The notes below the pieces were generated by a model. It was not told where the DNA came from and ran no database searches. It saw only the letters and a program-made list of their open reading frames with translations. Shown here piece by piece: positions 11,901 through 23,478 of a stretch of 64,000 nucleotides of DNA. Numbering within the stretch: position 1 is the first letter of the stretch; each line of letters begins with the position of its first letter. A program made the position numbers and the translations under genes. Source of the stretch: Lophium mytilinum (Eukaryota); contig MU004191.1 of NCBI GenBank assembly GCA_010093605.1, forward strand, positions 103,397 through 167,396. Direction: 5' to 3'.

Positions 11901-14426
11901 TAGAAGTGCACACGCCTATCTAGAGCTTAAATACTACGCTAAGCCTTATAGAGTTAATCTTCCTATTAATTTAAGGCTGCCTAAAGTAGTAGAAACCTGT
12001 TATTAAACTTATTATTACTTATCCTTATAAAAAACCTTAAAAAACCAAATTTTCTATAGTAATTTCTTAGCCGCGGAACCTTAGCTAAAAATCCCTCTAA
12101 TATTGCCCTTTTTAGCTAGCTAAATTGCAGGGACCCCCTCGCTATATTCCTTGTATACTAAATACGTGGCTAACCTCAATTTGTATAGGCGTTACGCCCG
12201 TGCGAGGCCGCCAGGCCTCATCGGGCGTGTGGGCAATCTCGTGTGGGTGTGGGAGAAAAACCGCTATAGTATCACACCGTTTGCTGTCAGTTCGGAGAGA
12301 AGTCTAGCTGGAACTTTAATATTGGTGCGGCGCGATGACTCAGTGTATTGAGTGAATGACTCGTGGCACCAGATCCCTAACTCGTAGTGAATATTAACTT
12401 CATGACTACTTCATGACACATCCCGCTTGCCGCTTTTCGCAGTCGAAAAGGTCAATCTTTGGTAGGCTAATGAGGTGAACCGTGGTTTGAACGGATAGGC
12501 GGTTGATAATTCATTCAGCGGGCGGATGAGGATCTCTAAAGCGACGTCGCTGTCAATCCAGTCCAGTCCGAGGGTTTGCAGTCTTCAATGTCTTTGTGGT
12601 CCGGATCTCGTTAGAGAAATGGTCCAGAATTGCGTGTCATCGGGGTGGAAAGAGTTCGTAGGTTGAAAGTGAACTCACCCCTCGCCGCTGCTCCTCATTC
12701 TGCCACACTAAGACACCGCTTTTCGAAGTATACACGTCATCCCATCACTCCAAATCATCCGCCGTCTGAAATACGACTGATCAGCATTTCAGACAGCCGA
12801 ATTCAGTGAAGGTCAATCGACGCCTCTAGAAACTTCAACTCGCTGGGCTAAGAACGGGACTGATAGTCGCATTACTGCCTACACTACACTACATAGGTGG
12901 GATTTCGTGCTGAAAGAATATCAGCCTTCAATCTTCTCAACATTCAAACCTTCAAACTTTCAGACTTTCAGATCTTCGCCCGTTTTGTGAGACCCTTTCT
13001 CCTAGCATTATATCTCGCTCTTACTAATGTGCACAACATGATGTTTCTTCTTTTCGATCACTTATCTCTCTGCTTGCGAACGTGATAGGTTCAGGCGTCC
13101 AGACTGGGTCATAGCCAGAGCGCTTGCCGTTGCTGAAGCCACTGATACGATGCAGGCCACGAGAACAAAAGGACGAGGAGTGGTTTCTTGACGCCTTCGA
13201 GAAACCATTCTGACCTATTCTAGTTGAGCGGGCGTGTAAAAGCGTGGTACAGAGACATTTTAGGTTTCTTAGCGTTTTTCAAACCGTCAAGGAACGTTCG
13301 GGAAACTTGCGAACAGTTTCACAAGTTGGCAGGCTTCGAGAATGTGCATCGAATAAGCATTTCTTCGTAGAGAATAGCGAACGAGCGTTCGCCTCTGCTT
13401 GCCTTAGTACCATGCGTTCAGCCCGAATTTCCTTGGCAACGCTCACCTGCCGCACTAGGAGAATGGAACTTCGACCTACCATATTACGTATACCTGCTAA
13501 TATACATTTGACGGCATTTGTCGTTGGTGAGGGTACTCAGGATGAGCCTAGTTGATCTTGGAGAGAAGCTGAAAAACCCCGCTGCATGAGAAGGTGTATA
13601 AAACGGATACCATAGAAGGGCTTCCTACTGATAAGCTCCTCATAAGAACCCAGTTCCTAACACCAGATCCTTCCGCCTAGACCGCGGAAGATGCCGCCGC
13701 TGCGGCGAAGACGGGCTAGAGTAGGGTTTGAAACGGCATAACTACTCGCCCCTCGCAAGGCTTAGAGCCATCCGTTGAAGAGATTCGAGCACGTGCGTGA
13801 CTGGAGACGTCGCTTTCATACTGATGCAGCGGAAATTTAGAGAGGGGTGAGTGCAGAAAAGGAGAGAAGAATACAAAATGGAACGGAAAAAAGACAGCGA
13901 AGAAGAAGAGCGCAGGAGAAGGACGTTGGCTCCGGACTCATCGAAAGAGCGATGCGGCTGGTGCTCAATGTGGAAATGGATATAGTGTGTCTTGCGTGTT
14001 CCAACCTGTGCTATATGAGCTTGTGTTCTGTCTTTATCGATTCCTTCAGGGCAAATCACATGGAATCGGATTTCTCTGATAGAGTTCCGGAGGTATTCGA
14101 CGACGCGATGGCCGCCCCGCTCGTCTAGCAACGTGAACTCTTAGATGTCGTTACGCGGCGACACAGGGCTCCTACAGCACTGGAAAATGTCAGACAGATA
14201 CTAGAACTTGTCTCGTTAAATGCGTCGTAATGGATGGACGCCGGGCGATCGTCAAGCACAGAATAGAATAGCCCATCCAAGATATTGTATTAGCAGTGAG
14301 CCTTCATATATCAGAGTTGAATACATTATACATCTCTTCTTCGCGACGCCTATTCCCCTCCTCTACATCTTCCTTGATTACCAACCCCAAGCGCCCTTCC
14401 CCAAAGGGCCACTTCTTTCCAATCCC

Positions 14427-16712
14427 CTACTTCTTCCCGTAACCACCCGACGACGAAGTGCAGACGCCGTCCGTGGGAACAATTGTAAAGGCATCCCACA
14501 TATACCCATTGCTGCTGACTACACTGGTCGCTGTAATTGCGAGCGCGGCAGTATCGCTCGCCGCCGTGAAAGTGAAGGAATACTGATACCACTGAGTATC
14601 CGGAACGGAAGGCGAAGTCCACACGGCAATACCGTCGACTGAAATTGCGACTTGGCCATTCGTGTTTCTCCGCTGCCAGAATGTCACGGTGTATTCAACG
14701 CCCTCTGTTACGTCTTCAATAGTGTTGCCGAAGGTGACACTACTTCCAGTGCTGTAGGTGGCGGCGTATCCAACATGTGAGCCGTCCTTGGACCCGGAAG
14801 TGCCTTGAGACAAGGATAAAGCGAGATACGGAGCGGTACCGCCAGAATTATATTGGCTAATTTTGGCCCAATCCGGAGTAGTAGCACCGGGATTTTCGAA
14901 ACTTGCGTCGTTAATCAGTCCGCAGCCGGTTGGAGTCGGGGCAGAAGAAGATGTGCTGGATGCCGCCGCAGAAGTTGTTGAGGAGACATCGGTCGTGGAT
15001 GCCGCCGCAGAACTTGATGAAGAGATATCGGTGGTGGATGCCGCCGCAGAAGTTGTTGAGGAGACATCGGTCGTGGATGCCGCTGCAGAACTTGTTGAGG
15101 AGATATCGGTGGTGGATGCCGCCGCAGAGCTACTTGAAGAGACATCGGTGGTGGATGCCGCCGCAGAGCTAGTTGAAGAGACATCGGTTGTAGATGCCGC
15201 CGCAGAGCTTGTTGAGGAGATATCGCTGGTCGAGGACTGGACGACGGTCGTTGAAGAGACTGCTCCGCAGAAATCAACCATCTCAGCGCCCAAAATTGCG
15301 CTGTCGTACACCTCATTCGTAACTGAGTCTTTCATGTAACAAAAGCTAGGTCCACCGTTGGTTCCTGGAAGCCAAGAAACAGCGATACAACCAGAATCCT
15401 CAGCGCAAGCCGCAATACATCCGTCCAGGCTTTCAATGACCTGTGGGCTGTTCGCATTATCCGCTCCATAGTAGTTCGTTCCGCAGCTAATAGACCAATA
15501 GGTGCCGGATGACACAACACAGTCGCTGGTGGGGCAAGGGGCTGGTGTAGGGGTTGTGGCTGGGGTGCTGGAAGTAGAAGTCGTGGTAGACGCCGCGGCA
15601 GAGGACTCGACAGTACTGGACGCCGCGGCAGAGGACTCGACGGTGCTGGACGCCGCAGCAGAGGACTCGACGGTGCTGGACGCCGCAGCAGAGGACTCGA
15701 CGGTGCTGGACGCCGCAGCAGAGGACTCCACAGTGCTGGATGCCGCAGCAGAGGATTCGACCGTGCTGGATGCGGCCGCAGAGGACTCGACAGTGCTGGA
15801 CGCCGCAGCAGAGGACTCGACAGTGCTGCTATATGCGGCGGCAGAGGACTCGACAGTGCTGCTGGATGTCGCAGCAGAGGATTCGACAGTGCTGCTGGAT
15901 GCAGCGGCAGAACTTGTTGAGGATTCGATTGTCGAGGTTGGGTAGACGATCGATGATTCTGACACTGACGAGGAAGCTGGGGCAACGGAAGAGGATTGCG
16001 TCACAACCGAGCTATACGGTGTATAGACGGCGGAGCTCTCGTACACGGGAGAGGACGAAGACTTGCTAGAAGTGCTCGATGATTTACATGGCGTGGAAGA
16101 AGAGACAGCATATGCTTTGGCGGACGCTGAAGACTTGACCGAGAGTTTCGGTGAAGTGCCGAAGGTGCTTGACGACTTGCAAGGGGTCGAGCTGGATTTG
16201 TGCGCAGACGTGCTCGAGACCTTCTTAGTGCTCGAGACCTTGTACGGGTGGTAAGCAGCTTTAGAGCTAGAGCTGTGGACAGGCTTCGGTTTCGGATGGG
16301 CAGGCTTCGGTTTCGGAAGGACAGAGTAGCCATAGGACTGCGAGATGGTGTATTTATCGTGGCCGTGGCTATAGCCGTGATTGGTTGCATGAGCGGGGCC
16401 CAAGCTCTCGCTGTAGAAGGTGCAGTACAACCCTTCAGGCTTGGAGTTCTTGGAAACGACGTATGAGTTGAAGAAGTGGCATTTCTTGTCGGAGCTGCAT
16501 GCACTGGCACATGTGGATGAACAAGCGGCTGGTTTCTTGGAAAAGGCATGATACTCTTGGCCAACGTAAGAGCTGTGGCCGTAGGTGGAAGGGGCATGGA
16601 TAGCGCCCGGGAGGATTTGGGGTGCGGAGTATCCGTTGATCTTTTCAGGATATGGTCGAGGGCTCGCACAGGCAAGGCCCGCGAGGGCGGACAGGAACAC
16701 GATGGATTGCAT
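14427..16712 (-). CDS. Secreted Ser/Thr-rich repeat protein with Cys-containing PAN/apple-like and C-terminal carbohydrate-binding-like domains
   Basis: 761-aa single ORF with signal peptide MQSIVFLSALAGLACA. Cys domains CASACSSDKKCHFFN and CIAACAEDSGCIAVSW...CYMK. C-terminal DASFE...W beta-sandwich-like region. Confidence 0.85.
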   Translation of the reverse strand: MQSIVFLSALAGLACASPRPYPEKINGYSAPQILPGAIHAPSTYGHSSYVGQEYHAFSKKPAACSSTCASACSSDKKCHFFNSYVVSKNSKPEGLYCTFYSESLGPAHATNHGYSHGHDKYTISQSYGYSVLPKPKPAHPKPKPVHSSSSKAAYHPYKVSSTKKVSSTSAHKSSSTPCKSSSTFGTSPKLSVKSSASAKAYAVSSSTPCKSSSTSSKSSSSPVYESSAVYTPYSSVVTQSSSVAPASSSVSESSIVYPTSTIESSTSSAAASSSTVESSAATSSSTVESSAAAYSSTVESSAAASSTVESSAAASSTVESSAAASSTVESSAAASSTVESSAAASSTVESSAAASSTVESSAAASSTVESSAAASTTTSTSSTPATTPTPAPCPTSDCVVSSGTYWSISCGTNYYGADNANSPQVIESLDGCIAACAEDSGCIAVSWLPGTNGGPSFCYMKDSVTNEVYDSAILGAEMVDFCGAVSSTTVVQSSTSDISSTSSAAASTTDVSSTSSAAASTTDVSSSSSAAASTTDISSTSSAAASTTDVSSTTSAAASTTDISSSSSAAASTTDVSSTTSAAASSTSSSAPTPTGCGLINDASFENPGATTPDWAKISQYNSGGTAPYLALSLSQGTSGSKDGSHVGYAATYSTGSSVTFGNTIEDVTEGVEYTVTFWQRRNTNGQVAISVDGIAVWTSPSVPDTQWYQYSFTFTAASDTAALAITATSVVSSNGYMWDAFTIVPTDGVCTSSSGGYGKK
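14955..15225 (-). repeat. Coding tandem repeat, 39-bp unit (SSAAASTTD(I/V)SST), ~7 copies
   Basis: Directly visible repeats of GATGCCGCCGCAGA...GAGACATCGGT. Confidence 0.9.
15585..15915 (-). repeat. Coding tandem repeat, 30-33-bp unit (SSAAASSTVE), ~10 copies
   Basis: Directly visible repeats of GCAGAGGACTCGACGGTGCTGGACGCCGCA. Confidence 0.9.
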
Positions 16713-17843
16713 GGCGAAGGATTAGAATGATGAGATTATTAAAGAATGTGTGTGAGGGCTGTAACAACGATGTAGAAACGATTGGACGCGCTCTAACGAA
16801 CGCTGGTATAACGAGTGTATGCGCTGCACAAGACAAACGCGAGGGACAAAAATTGACAGGATGAGGTCTGAGTAGGGAATGGAGTGCGGTGAGTTTGTAT
16901 ATGAAAATAAGCACGGTTCAAGGGCGTTGCACTAGAGGGTGTCCGGCCGGAGTCGAGACAGGAGGCTCTGCCAAAGCGAGTCGAGTGCCACGCACCACGA
17001 CGCCACGGCGGCTTTAAACCGAATGGCTGTGAATTCTAGAGCCTCTCGTCTCTTCACGGATGCTTAGCGGTGTCGCTAGACTATTCAGGTACCGTCTCCT
17101 GCTGCCCGGGCCGGCTGTGACTGGTGCCTGGCATGGAGGATACTTAGCTCTCTGGCTCAGGCATGGCAGGTCTCTCGTAGCTGGCCAGCAGGAGGGAGAA
17201 GCGGGCGACGCGTTGTTGATGTTGATGTTGGCACATGGTGTGAAGGTAAGGTCAGGGGCACGGTAAGGCGAGCTGGTTCTAGATTTTAGTGTGGACCCTG
17301 CGTGCATCAGTAGTCAGGGGCAGACCGAATTTCAATATTCCCCATCAACGCCACCAAGCTGGCGGCTGCCTGACCTCAACCCACTAACACGGCGCGGCCG
17401 ATGCTAGCAAAATACGCCGAGACACGGCAGGATGTAGGAAAGAATGAAAAAGCACGTGACATGTAGTCACGTGCGGGCTCCCGCTGGCTTGATGAACGGT
17501 CAAGGGAATTGTCCCGTGGTCTAAGGATTATAACCATAAGCGTAATGGCCGTAGCAATTTGCAGCAGCCTCCGATGAAGTTGCATGGTGTCGAACCCCAG
17601 CAAAGACGTTGTACAGGAGCGAAAAGAGATAGCAGAAACCACGGGATCTTGGCTTCCCGTTAGCCCCCCGCTTCCCACCGTCAATCATCAGCCGTCAGGC
17701 CGTCTCAAAGAGCTGGACAAACACCAAAAGTACCACGATGAGACGAATGCCTTTCACAAGAAAAGTATTCAATCTCGACGTCTCGGACAACGGATCTCCG
17801 ATCGCAAGCAAAGAGCCGAAGTAGCACCATCAGCATCGTCTCG

Positions 17844-18641
17844 ATGCCTCGTGGCCTCTTGACTACCCACGATGTTAAAGAACGCGATAGAGCCACTTTA
17901 ATGACCTTGCCCGTTGAGCTTCGGCTCCAAATCTACAACCACCTTCTCATAAGCCGCTTCGACCGATCGGAACACCCCTCGTGGGCAGTCGGGGCCACAA
18001 CCCGAAAACTAGTGTCGCTCGATATGCCTCAGGCTCCGCAATACAGAACGATGGAACCAAGCATACTGCAGACGTGCAAGCAGATATATCGTGAAGCAAA
18101 TCCTGTACTTTATTCGCAGAACGTCTTTAAGATCAGCGAGCCGGAACAGATGTTTCAACTCAGCGCGCAGATTGGGCCTGTGAATCTTAAGTTAATGAAG
18201 AGACTTAAAATTATCGTGCCCTGGACCGCTGAACTCGTCCCGTGGCTGCAGCTTCTAGATATGTTGGCTATGCAAGCAAGTGGGCTGCGGCATGTAGAGC
18301 TTGCATGGGGAGCAGAGAATGAGTATCCTTGGGCCCACGATCGGAAGAGGGGTTTGGGAGATAGCCTGGACTTTCTACGCGCTTTGGGAAATGTTCAAGG
18401 ACTGAAGAAGCTGGTCATCAAAGGATGTTATGCGAAGAACTGGCCGGTGTACTTGAAGGAGAGAATGGGTGGGCAAGTAGTGCAGGCTATATGTGGCGAC
18501 TGTCGCGACGAGCCCGAGTCAGGGGTGTGGGACCTGAATGATGACGAGTTGCAAGATGACGAGTTGATGCTTGAGTATGATGACAGGGATTTGAAGAAAT
18601 TCGAGAAGTATCAGCAGGGAACAGAAGACTTGATGCCGTAA
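17844..18641 (+). CDS. Hypothetical protein with F-box-like N-terminal motif
   Basis: 265-aa ORF with LMTLPVELRLQIYNHLL and ILQTCKQIYREANPVLYSQNVF, a common Pezizomycotina F-box-like signature. Confidence 0.7.
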   Translation: MPRGLLTTHDVKERDRATLMTLPVELRLQIYNHLLISRFDRSEHPSWAVGATTRKLVSLDMPQAPQYRTMEPSILQTCKQIYREANPVLYSQNVFKISEPEQMFQLSAQIGPVNLKLMKRLKIIVPWTAELVPWLQLLDMLAMQASGLRHVELAWGAENEYPWAHDRKRGLGDSLDFLRALGNVQGLKKLVIKGCYAKNWPVYLKERMGGQVVQAICGDCRDEPESGVWDLNDDELQDDELMLEYDDRDLKKFEKYQQGTEDLMP

Positions 18642-18948
18642 CGGGCCATGAAAAGGGAATTCATGTTCAACCTTATCTTCGACTTCACACCCGCTCGTCG
18701 ACATGTCATCAACCATTCGCCTTCATTTCTACTAACAGCATACGGGGATCAAAGGAGCTTGGATTTCGCCGGAAGTATTCTACAAGAGCATCTGGCTTCC
18801 GAAAACAAATCCACTAGAAGTGGAAATCCCCCGATACACTTTCTCCATCATCAATTGAACTGTATCAGCCTATCACACACACCCCGAACTCCCAGCTCCG
18901 GAACTCCGCCCTAGCACCTCCACTCAGGCTAGACCCGCTATCCTCACT

Positions 18949-20946
18949 TCATCCCTTCCTCGGGCTAATCAACAGCGGCAACTTCACCCTCGACGAAATC
19001 ACGCTATCTTTAATCGACGACGCATATGTCGATGGATCATAGCTCGGAGCGAATTTCATGTCGAAGGCTCTCACCAGTGCCGCAGTAACATCGCAAAGCT
19101 CCATGTAAGCCAAATGCTTCCCGACACACGAGTACGGACCGTGCGAGAACGTCATGAAGGCGTTGCGGTCGAAGGGCTCGGGTCCTTCGCCTAGCCATCT
19201 CTCGGGAATGAACTCGTCGGGCTTCCCGTAGTAACGTGCGTCGCGTTGGAGCTCATAGGCGCCGATTCCGACGTTCATGTTGCCGGGGATGTAGGTGCCG
19301 TCGATGGTGATGCCCTCGGGTGGGGTGGTGCGGTGCATTAAACCGCTTCCACTGAGTGAAACTGTTAGCTGGCGCCGGTTAGAAAACTAGAGCAGTGGAA
19401 TTTACATAGGCGGTAAGATGCGCAGAGCCTCCCTAACGATTGCGTTCAGGTAGGCGAATTGTGACAAGGTTTGATGGTTTAGGGGACCGTGATATGGGTC
19501 GATTTCTGCCTTTAGCTTTGCCATTTTTTCTGGGTTTGCTATTAACATGTAGATGATAGTCCTGGGGAGTTAGTCAGGTATAATGTCTATGAGCAAGGAG
19601 GTATAAGTCTTACGCCAAACTACTCGATGTGGTATCTGAGCCTGGAGGAAGATGTCAGTAACTATGCCCCATTACCAACACTGGCTGTACTTACCTCCAA
19701 TCGAAAGCATAAGAGACTCCACGACAAGGTCCGGTTCCGAATACTTCTTCTTGGTAACCCTATCTTCAACCAGAAGATAGCTAAACACATCTTTCACAGT
19801 CTGCCCTAGCGGCAACCGTTCCCTGACCCTCTCCTTGGCAAACGTAAAGAGCCCCTCCGCCGCCTTATTCCTCGGAATGAAAGCGAAGATCGTCGCAATC
19901 CAAGGAATCGTACTGATCATACCACCAAACACCGCAAACCCCTGGACAATCGTCATATAATCATGCTCCTTCCCATGCTTAAGCATCTCGAAACTCTTCC
20001 CAAACCTACCCTCCAGTCAGCCACGATCCCCAAGGAAACGACAACCGAAAATCCAACTTACCCGAGGTCTCCCATGATATCAAACGTAAAGAACGACAAA
20101 TAGAGGCCGAGATCCACCACACCCTCCTTACTCCGCTCCGTCACCTCCCTGATAAGCTCATCCACGAAATGCATCACCCGCGGCTCGTAGCCACGAAGCG
20201 CCTTCGTGTTGAACCCCGCTTCCCAAATCCGTCGCTTCCAGAGATGTTCTGACGGGGTTTCGTTCTGGAGGAACCGCTCGTGGCTACCCATCACGCTGCC
20301 CTCGTAGAAAGGTCCTTTGGTGCATTTGGTAGAGGTGCTGTAGAGGGCCTGGATGGCGTGCACGTTGCAGACGTCGATCTCCCGCGGCCCCACGCGAACG
20401 AAGTCGCCGTATTTCTGGTGCAGTGCGCGAGTGGTTCGGTGGTAGTTGCCGCTGTATAGAGTGAAGAAGGCCCAGAACTTGGTGAGGGAAGCCCAGTAGG
20501 GGCCGGGAAAGTGGCGGGCGCGGTGGAAGAAGCGGCGGTAGATGGCGATGGACAGGCTGGATTTGTCAGGCCGAATAGTACGTAAGCGCTTTGCTTTACT
20601 CACAAAAGTGTCACGGTGTAGAGGAGATTGATCTTGAAGACTAATGAAAGTAGAGAGGCAGAGCTATCGTGGCTGCCGCTCGATGATTCGAGTAGCTTGT
20701 AGAGGCCTGCATTGGCAAGGAGACTGAGGATCAAGACCTCGTGAGGCTGTGGTTCGTATAGCTGTGTTATTGCGTGTGTGCCCTAAAGTAAGTCAACATC
20801 GCTCTTACTTGCAACATACACAGTCGTAGAGCCATCAAACCTACCAGCGCTGCCGCAACTGCGGATGGATAAGTTGGCGATTCCTTGAGAAATGTGAGGG
20901 CTTGGTGGCCTGCCACGAGGGCAGATGCGTACAGCTCTTCAGCCAT
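18949..20946 (-). CDS. Cytochrome P450 monooxygenase (multi-exon)
   Basis: ORF pieces 20767-20979, 20058-20603, 19672-19986 and 18949-19338. Motifs: FPGP, IGGSDTT, EALR, PERW and heme motif FSHGPYSCVG. Confidence 0.93.
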
Positions 20947-21436
20947 TCTCAAAGATATGCCAGTTGATTTCGAGGACAAGTCTAGATATCATGGTGGTAC
21001 ATACTTCACTGATAAGTATGGCTCGTGCGGGGCCCCGCAATACTTTTTCTCCCATAACCTCCGTCCTTCATTTGATTATCGGTCCTTAACCCGTATGGAT
21101 TAAATTATGCCACGCGATAGATGAGAATAGCAGGGGCGGAAGGGCTACATCTTCAAAATTTCGTGCATAACGTTCGGGTCGGCTCCTTAGGTTCCGCTGA
21201 ACAGACTACATCCGCCATCATGTTGCAATGAATAGGCCTTCAAGTTTACTTTTCCGTGATATTCTCTCCGTTCCATGGCGTCGATCATGGTGGGTTTACT
21301 GTCATCTAAGTCTCGACAGCCTTAAGTGGACAATCTGTAAGCATATCACGTGATCGTCGGTAGATTTCGGGACTTCAACGGCAGTGTCAAGAATTGTGCA
21401 ACAGAATTACGAACAGTGCTCTCCTATCTGTCATAG

Positions 21437-22599
21437 TTATACTGTCTTCTTTCCATCCTCCTTGAACGACCCTCCTGCCCTCTTAATCGCATCTGGTAGG
21501 CTAACTATCGGCTTATATCCCAGCACCCTTTTCGCCTTGTCAATATTATACGTCCTTGTCATGGTGCTATACCGGATAGCCAAGCTTTCCATCGAAGAAG
21601 TCTTGCGCCCAAAGCTCGAGATCCAAATCCACCACTCAGTCGCAATGGCCAACCCAAGCATCAAGCCCCTCGGGAGACTCCGCACCTTTTCCCGATCCGT
21701 TGGATAGCCCGCCGCATCCCCAATCTGTCGCGCAAACTCCCAGAACGTGATATGCTGGTCATTAGTAATTAAGAACCCCTCCCCACCGACTTTGAGGTTC
21801 GGCGCAGGCTCCTTCTCGAAGCTCTCTAGTAGCTTCTGCGCAGCAAGGAAATGCGCATGAATCACGTTCTCGTTGAAAGTCCAGTCGAACAGGTTCTGCC
21901 CGTCCCCAATCTGCACCTTCAGCTTCCCGGCCTTGGCGCTGTCGGCAAAGCGCTGGGCTGACGGATCGCGCTCGCCAAAGATGCCGGAGGGCCGAATGGT
22001 GGCCGTCAGCATGGTGCCGGGCGAGTTGCTGTCGAGCACGAGTTGGTCGGCTAGGGCTTTGGTGTGCGAGTACATTTCGCGTTGCACAGGCATGTAGAGC
22101 AGGGGGCTGTGTTCGTCGGCTTCGATTAGGTCGTGGAAGGAGTCGTGCACGACGGAGGCGCTGGAGGTGTAGACGAAGGCTTTTGTGCCGTGCTCCTGCG
22201 ACAATTGGTTAGATGCTTGATTTGAAAGGTTTCAGGTCGTGATGTTTCACGTGACCCGATGAGACCCAGACTTACCTTCGCGCTCTGTACCAGGGTTCGT
22301 GTCCCCTCAACATTGACTTTCAGATAAAGCGGAAGATCGGACAATGCCGGTGGAGGCGATGCGGTATGGAAAACGACCTGCGGCCGAGCCTTGCTCATCG
22401 CCTCATCAACCTGGCTCTTGTTTGTGATATCCACATCGTAATAGTCCACGCCCGGCTGGCGGTTTTGCGTGGTATTCAAATCAAACACGGACACTTTTGG
22501 CTGAGGCTCTAGCTTCAAAAGCTGCTTGACGACGTTGTGACCGAGATTGCCACAGCCGCCGATTACTAGGGCGGAGGTAATGCTTTGTTTGCTGGACAT
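21437..22599 (-). CDS. erg26: ERG26-like 3-beta-hydroxysteroid dehydrogenase / C-4 decarboxylase (extended SDR)
   Basis: Two exons (intron ~22200-22275). Rossmann motif GGCGNLG, plus VFHTASP, KVNVEGT, FVYTSSASVV, catalytic YSHTK, IRPSGIFGERD and AHFLAA. Confidence 0.85.
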
Positions 22600-23478
22600 A
22601 TTGATATAGGAAGATTAGTAGAACAGAGAGGACGAGAAAGTCGGGAGAATGTAGGTGATTGCAAGAGCTTATGTCTAATTACCGTTCCGGCCCGCACGTC
22701 GCAAAGCAGACCTGGCAGGGAAGTCGCATTCGCTATCCGTTCAGGCTTATATGCGGCCCGGGCTCAGATAAAGTGGCCCGCACATCCGGCCTGGACGTAA
22801 CTTTTCTCCGACTCTCGTCGACCCGGATAGCACGATAGCGAGGCCGCCTGGGCATCTGAAGTGCCTTTGTGTTCGTATTACCTATGTAATTCTTCCCAGG
22901 TCTTATGAAGTAATGAGTCGGCATCTATATGTAGGGCCTTCTACGCGATTCGAAGAGGTAGGAACTCGATCTGTGAAATAACATGATTTGTCCATCTAGT
23001 TGTGGGCTGTGAAACCTCAGAATTTGAGGTTGCACAACTGAAATGCGGATTGCAGAGTCCCGAGAACGAACCCCTCATTGCGAGGGGCAGGGGTCTCGGC
23101 CGAGCTAGTATATTGCGGGGTATGCATATGCCCCTGGCTTCACAACTTGCCCCTCCAGCCTTCGTATATACCGATTCGGACCGAAGTGAACCTCGAAGCT
23201 CCCTAGTCTTCGACGTCGTGGAGCAGTCAGCAAGTTATTATCATAAAGCCGGGTTTCCGGGTAATGCATCTGCTTTAATAATTCGCAGCCGCCCGGGTTC
23301 GCATCATCAGCCTCTTACCCCGTACCTTTTGTGTCAGCATCTACTATCGATTCTCATTTCTCATTTTCAGTCCCCCGCTTTCAACGAATTGCAATTGTGG
23401 TAAACATTTGAGCTCCAACTTTCATTCATTCATACAAATCGCTCATAGGATCGATTATAGTTAGAAACGAACCCGAAA

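Larger units (their letters stand above)
8451..12266. mobile_element. RIP-inactivated PIF/Harbinger-superfamily DNA transposon (~3.8 kb)
   Basis: TIRs TAGCGGTTTTTCTCCC(T/A)CACCCACACG at 8451 and, reverse-complemented, ending at 12266. The interior is strongly AT/TpA-rich with no ORF >=60 aa. It contains a DDE_Tnp_4-like transposase relic and a second convergent ORF relic. Confidence 0.9.

Noticed and set aside
8570..12120. Centromere or foreign AT-rich DNA
   Set aside because: Fully explained by RIP of a TIR-bounded transposon.
12400..14200. Possible gene relic on the minus strand (splice-like signals near 12550-12680, ORF 13742-14131)
   Set aside because: Contains stops and no identifiable domain. 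I could not build a model.
14863..15945. Plus-strand ORFs with DAAAEDSTVL repeats
   Set aside because: Antisense shadows of the repeat protein at 14427-16712.
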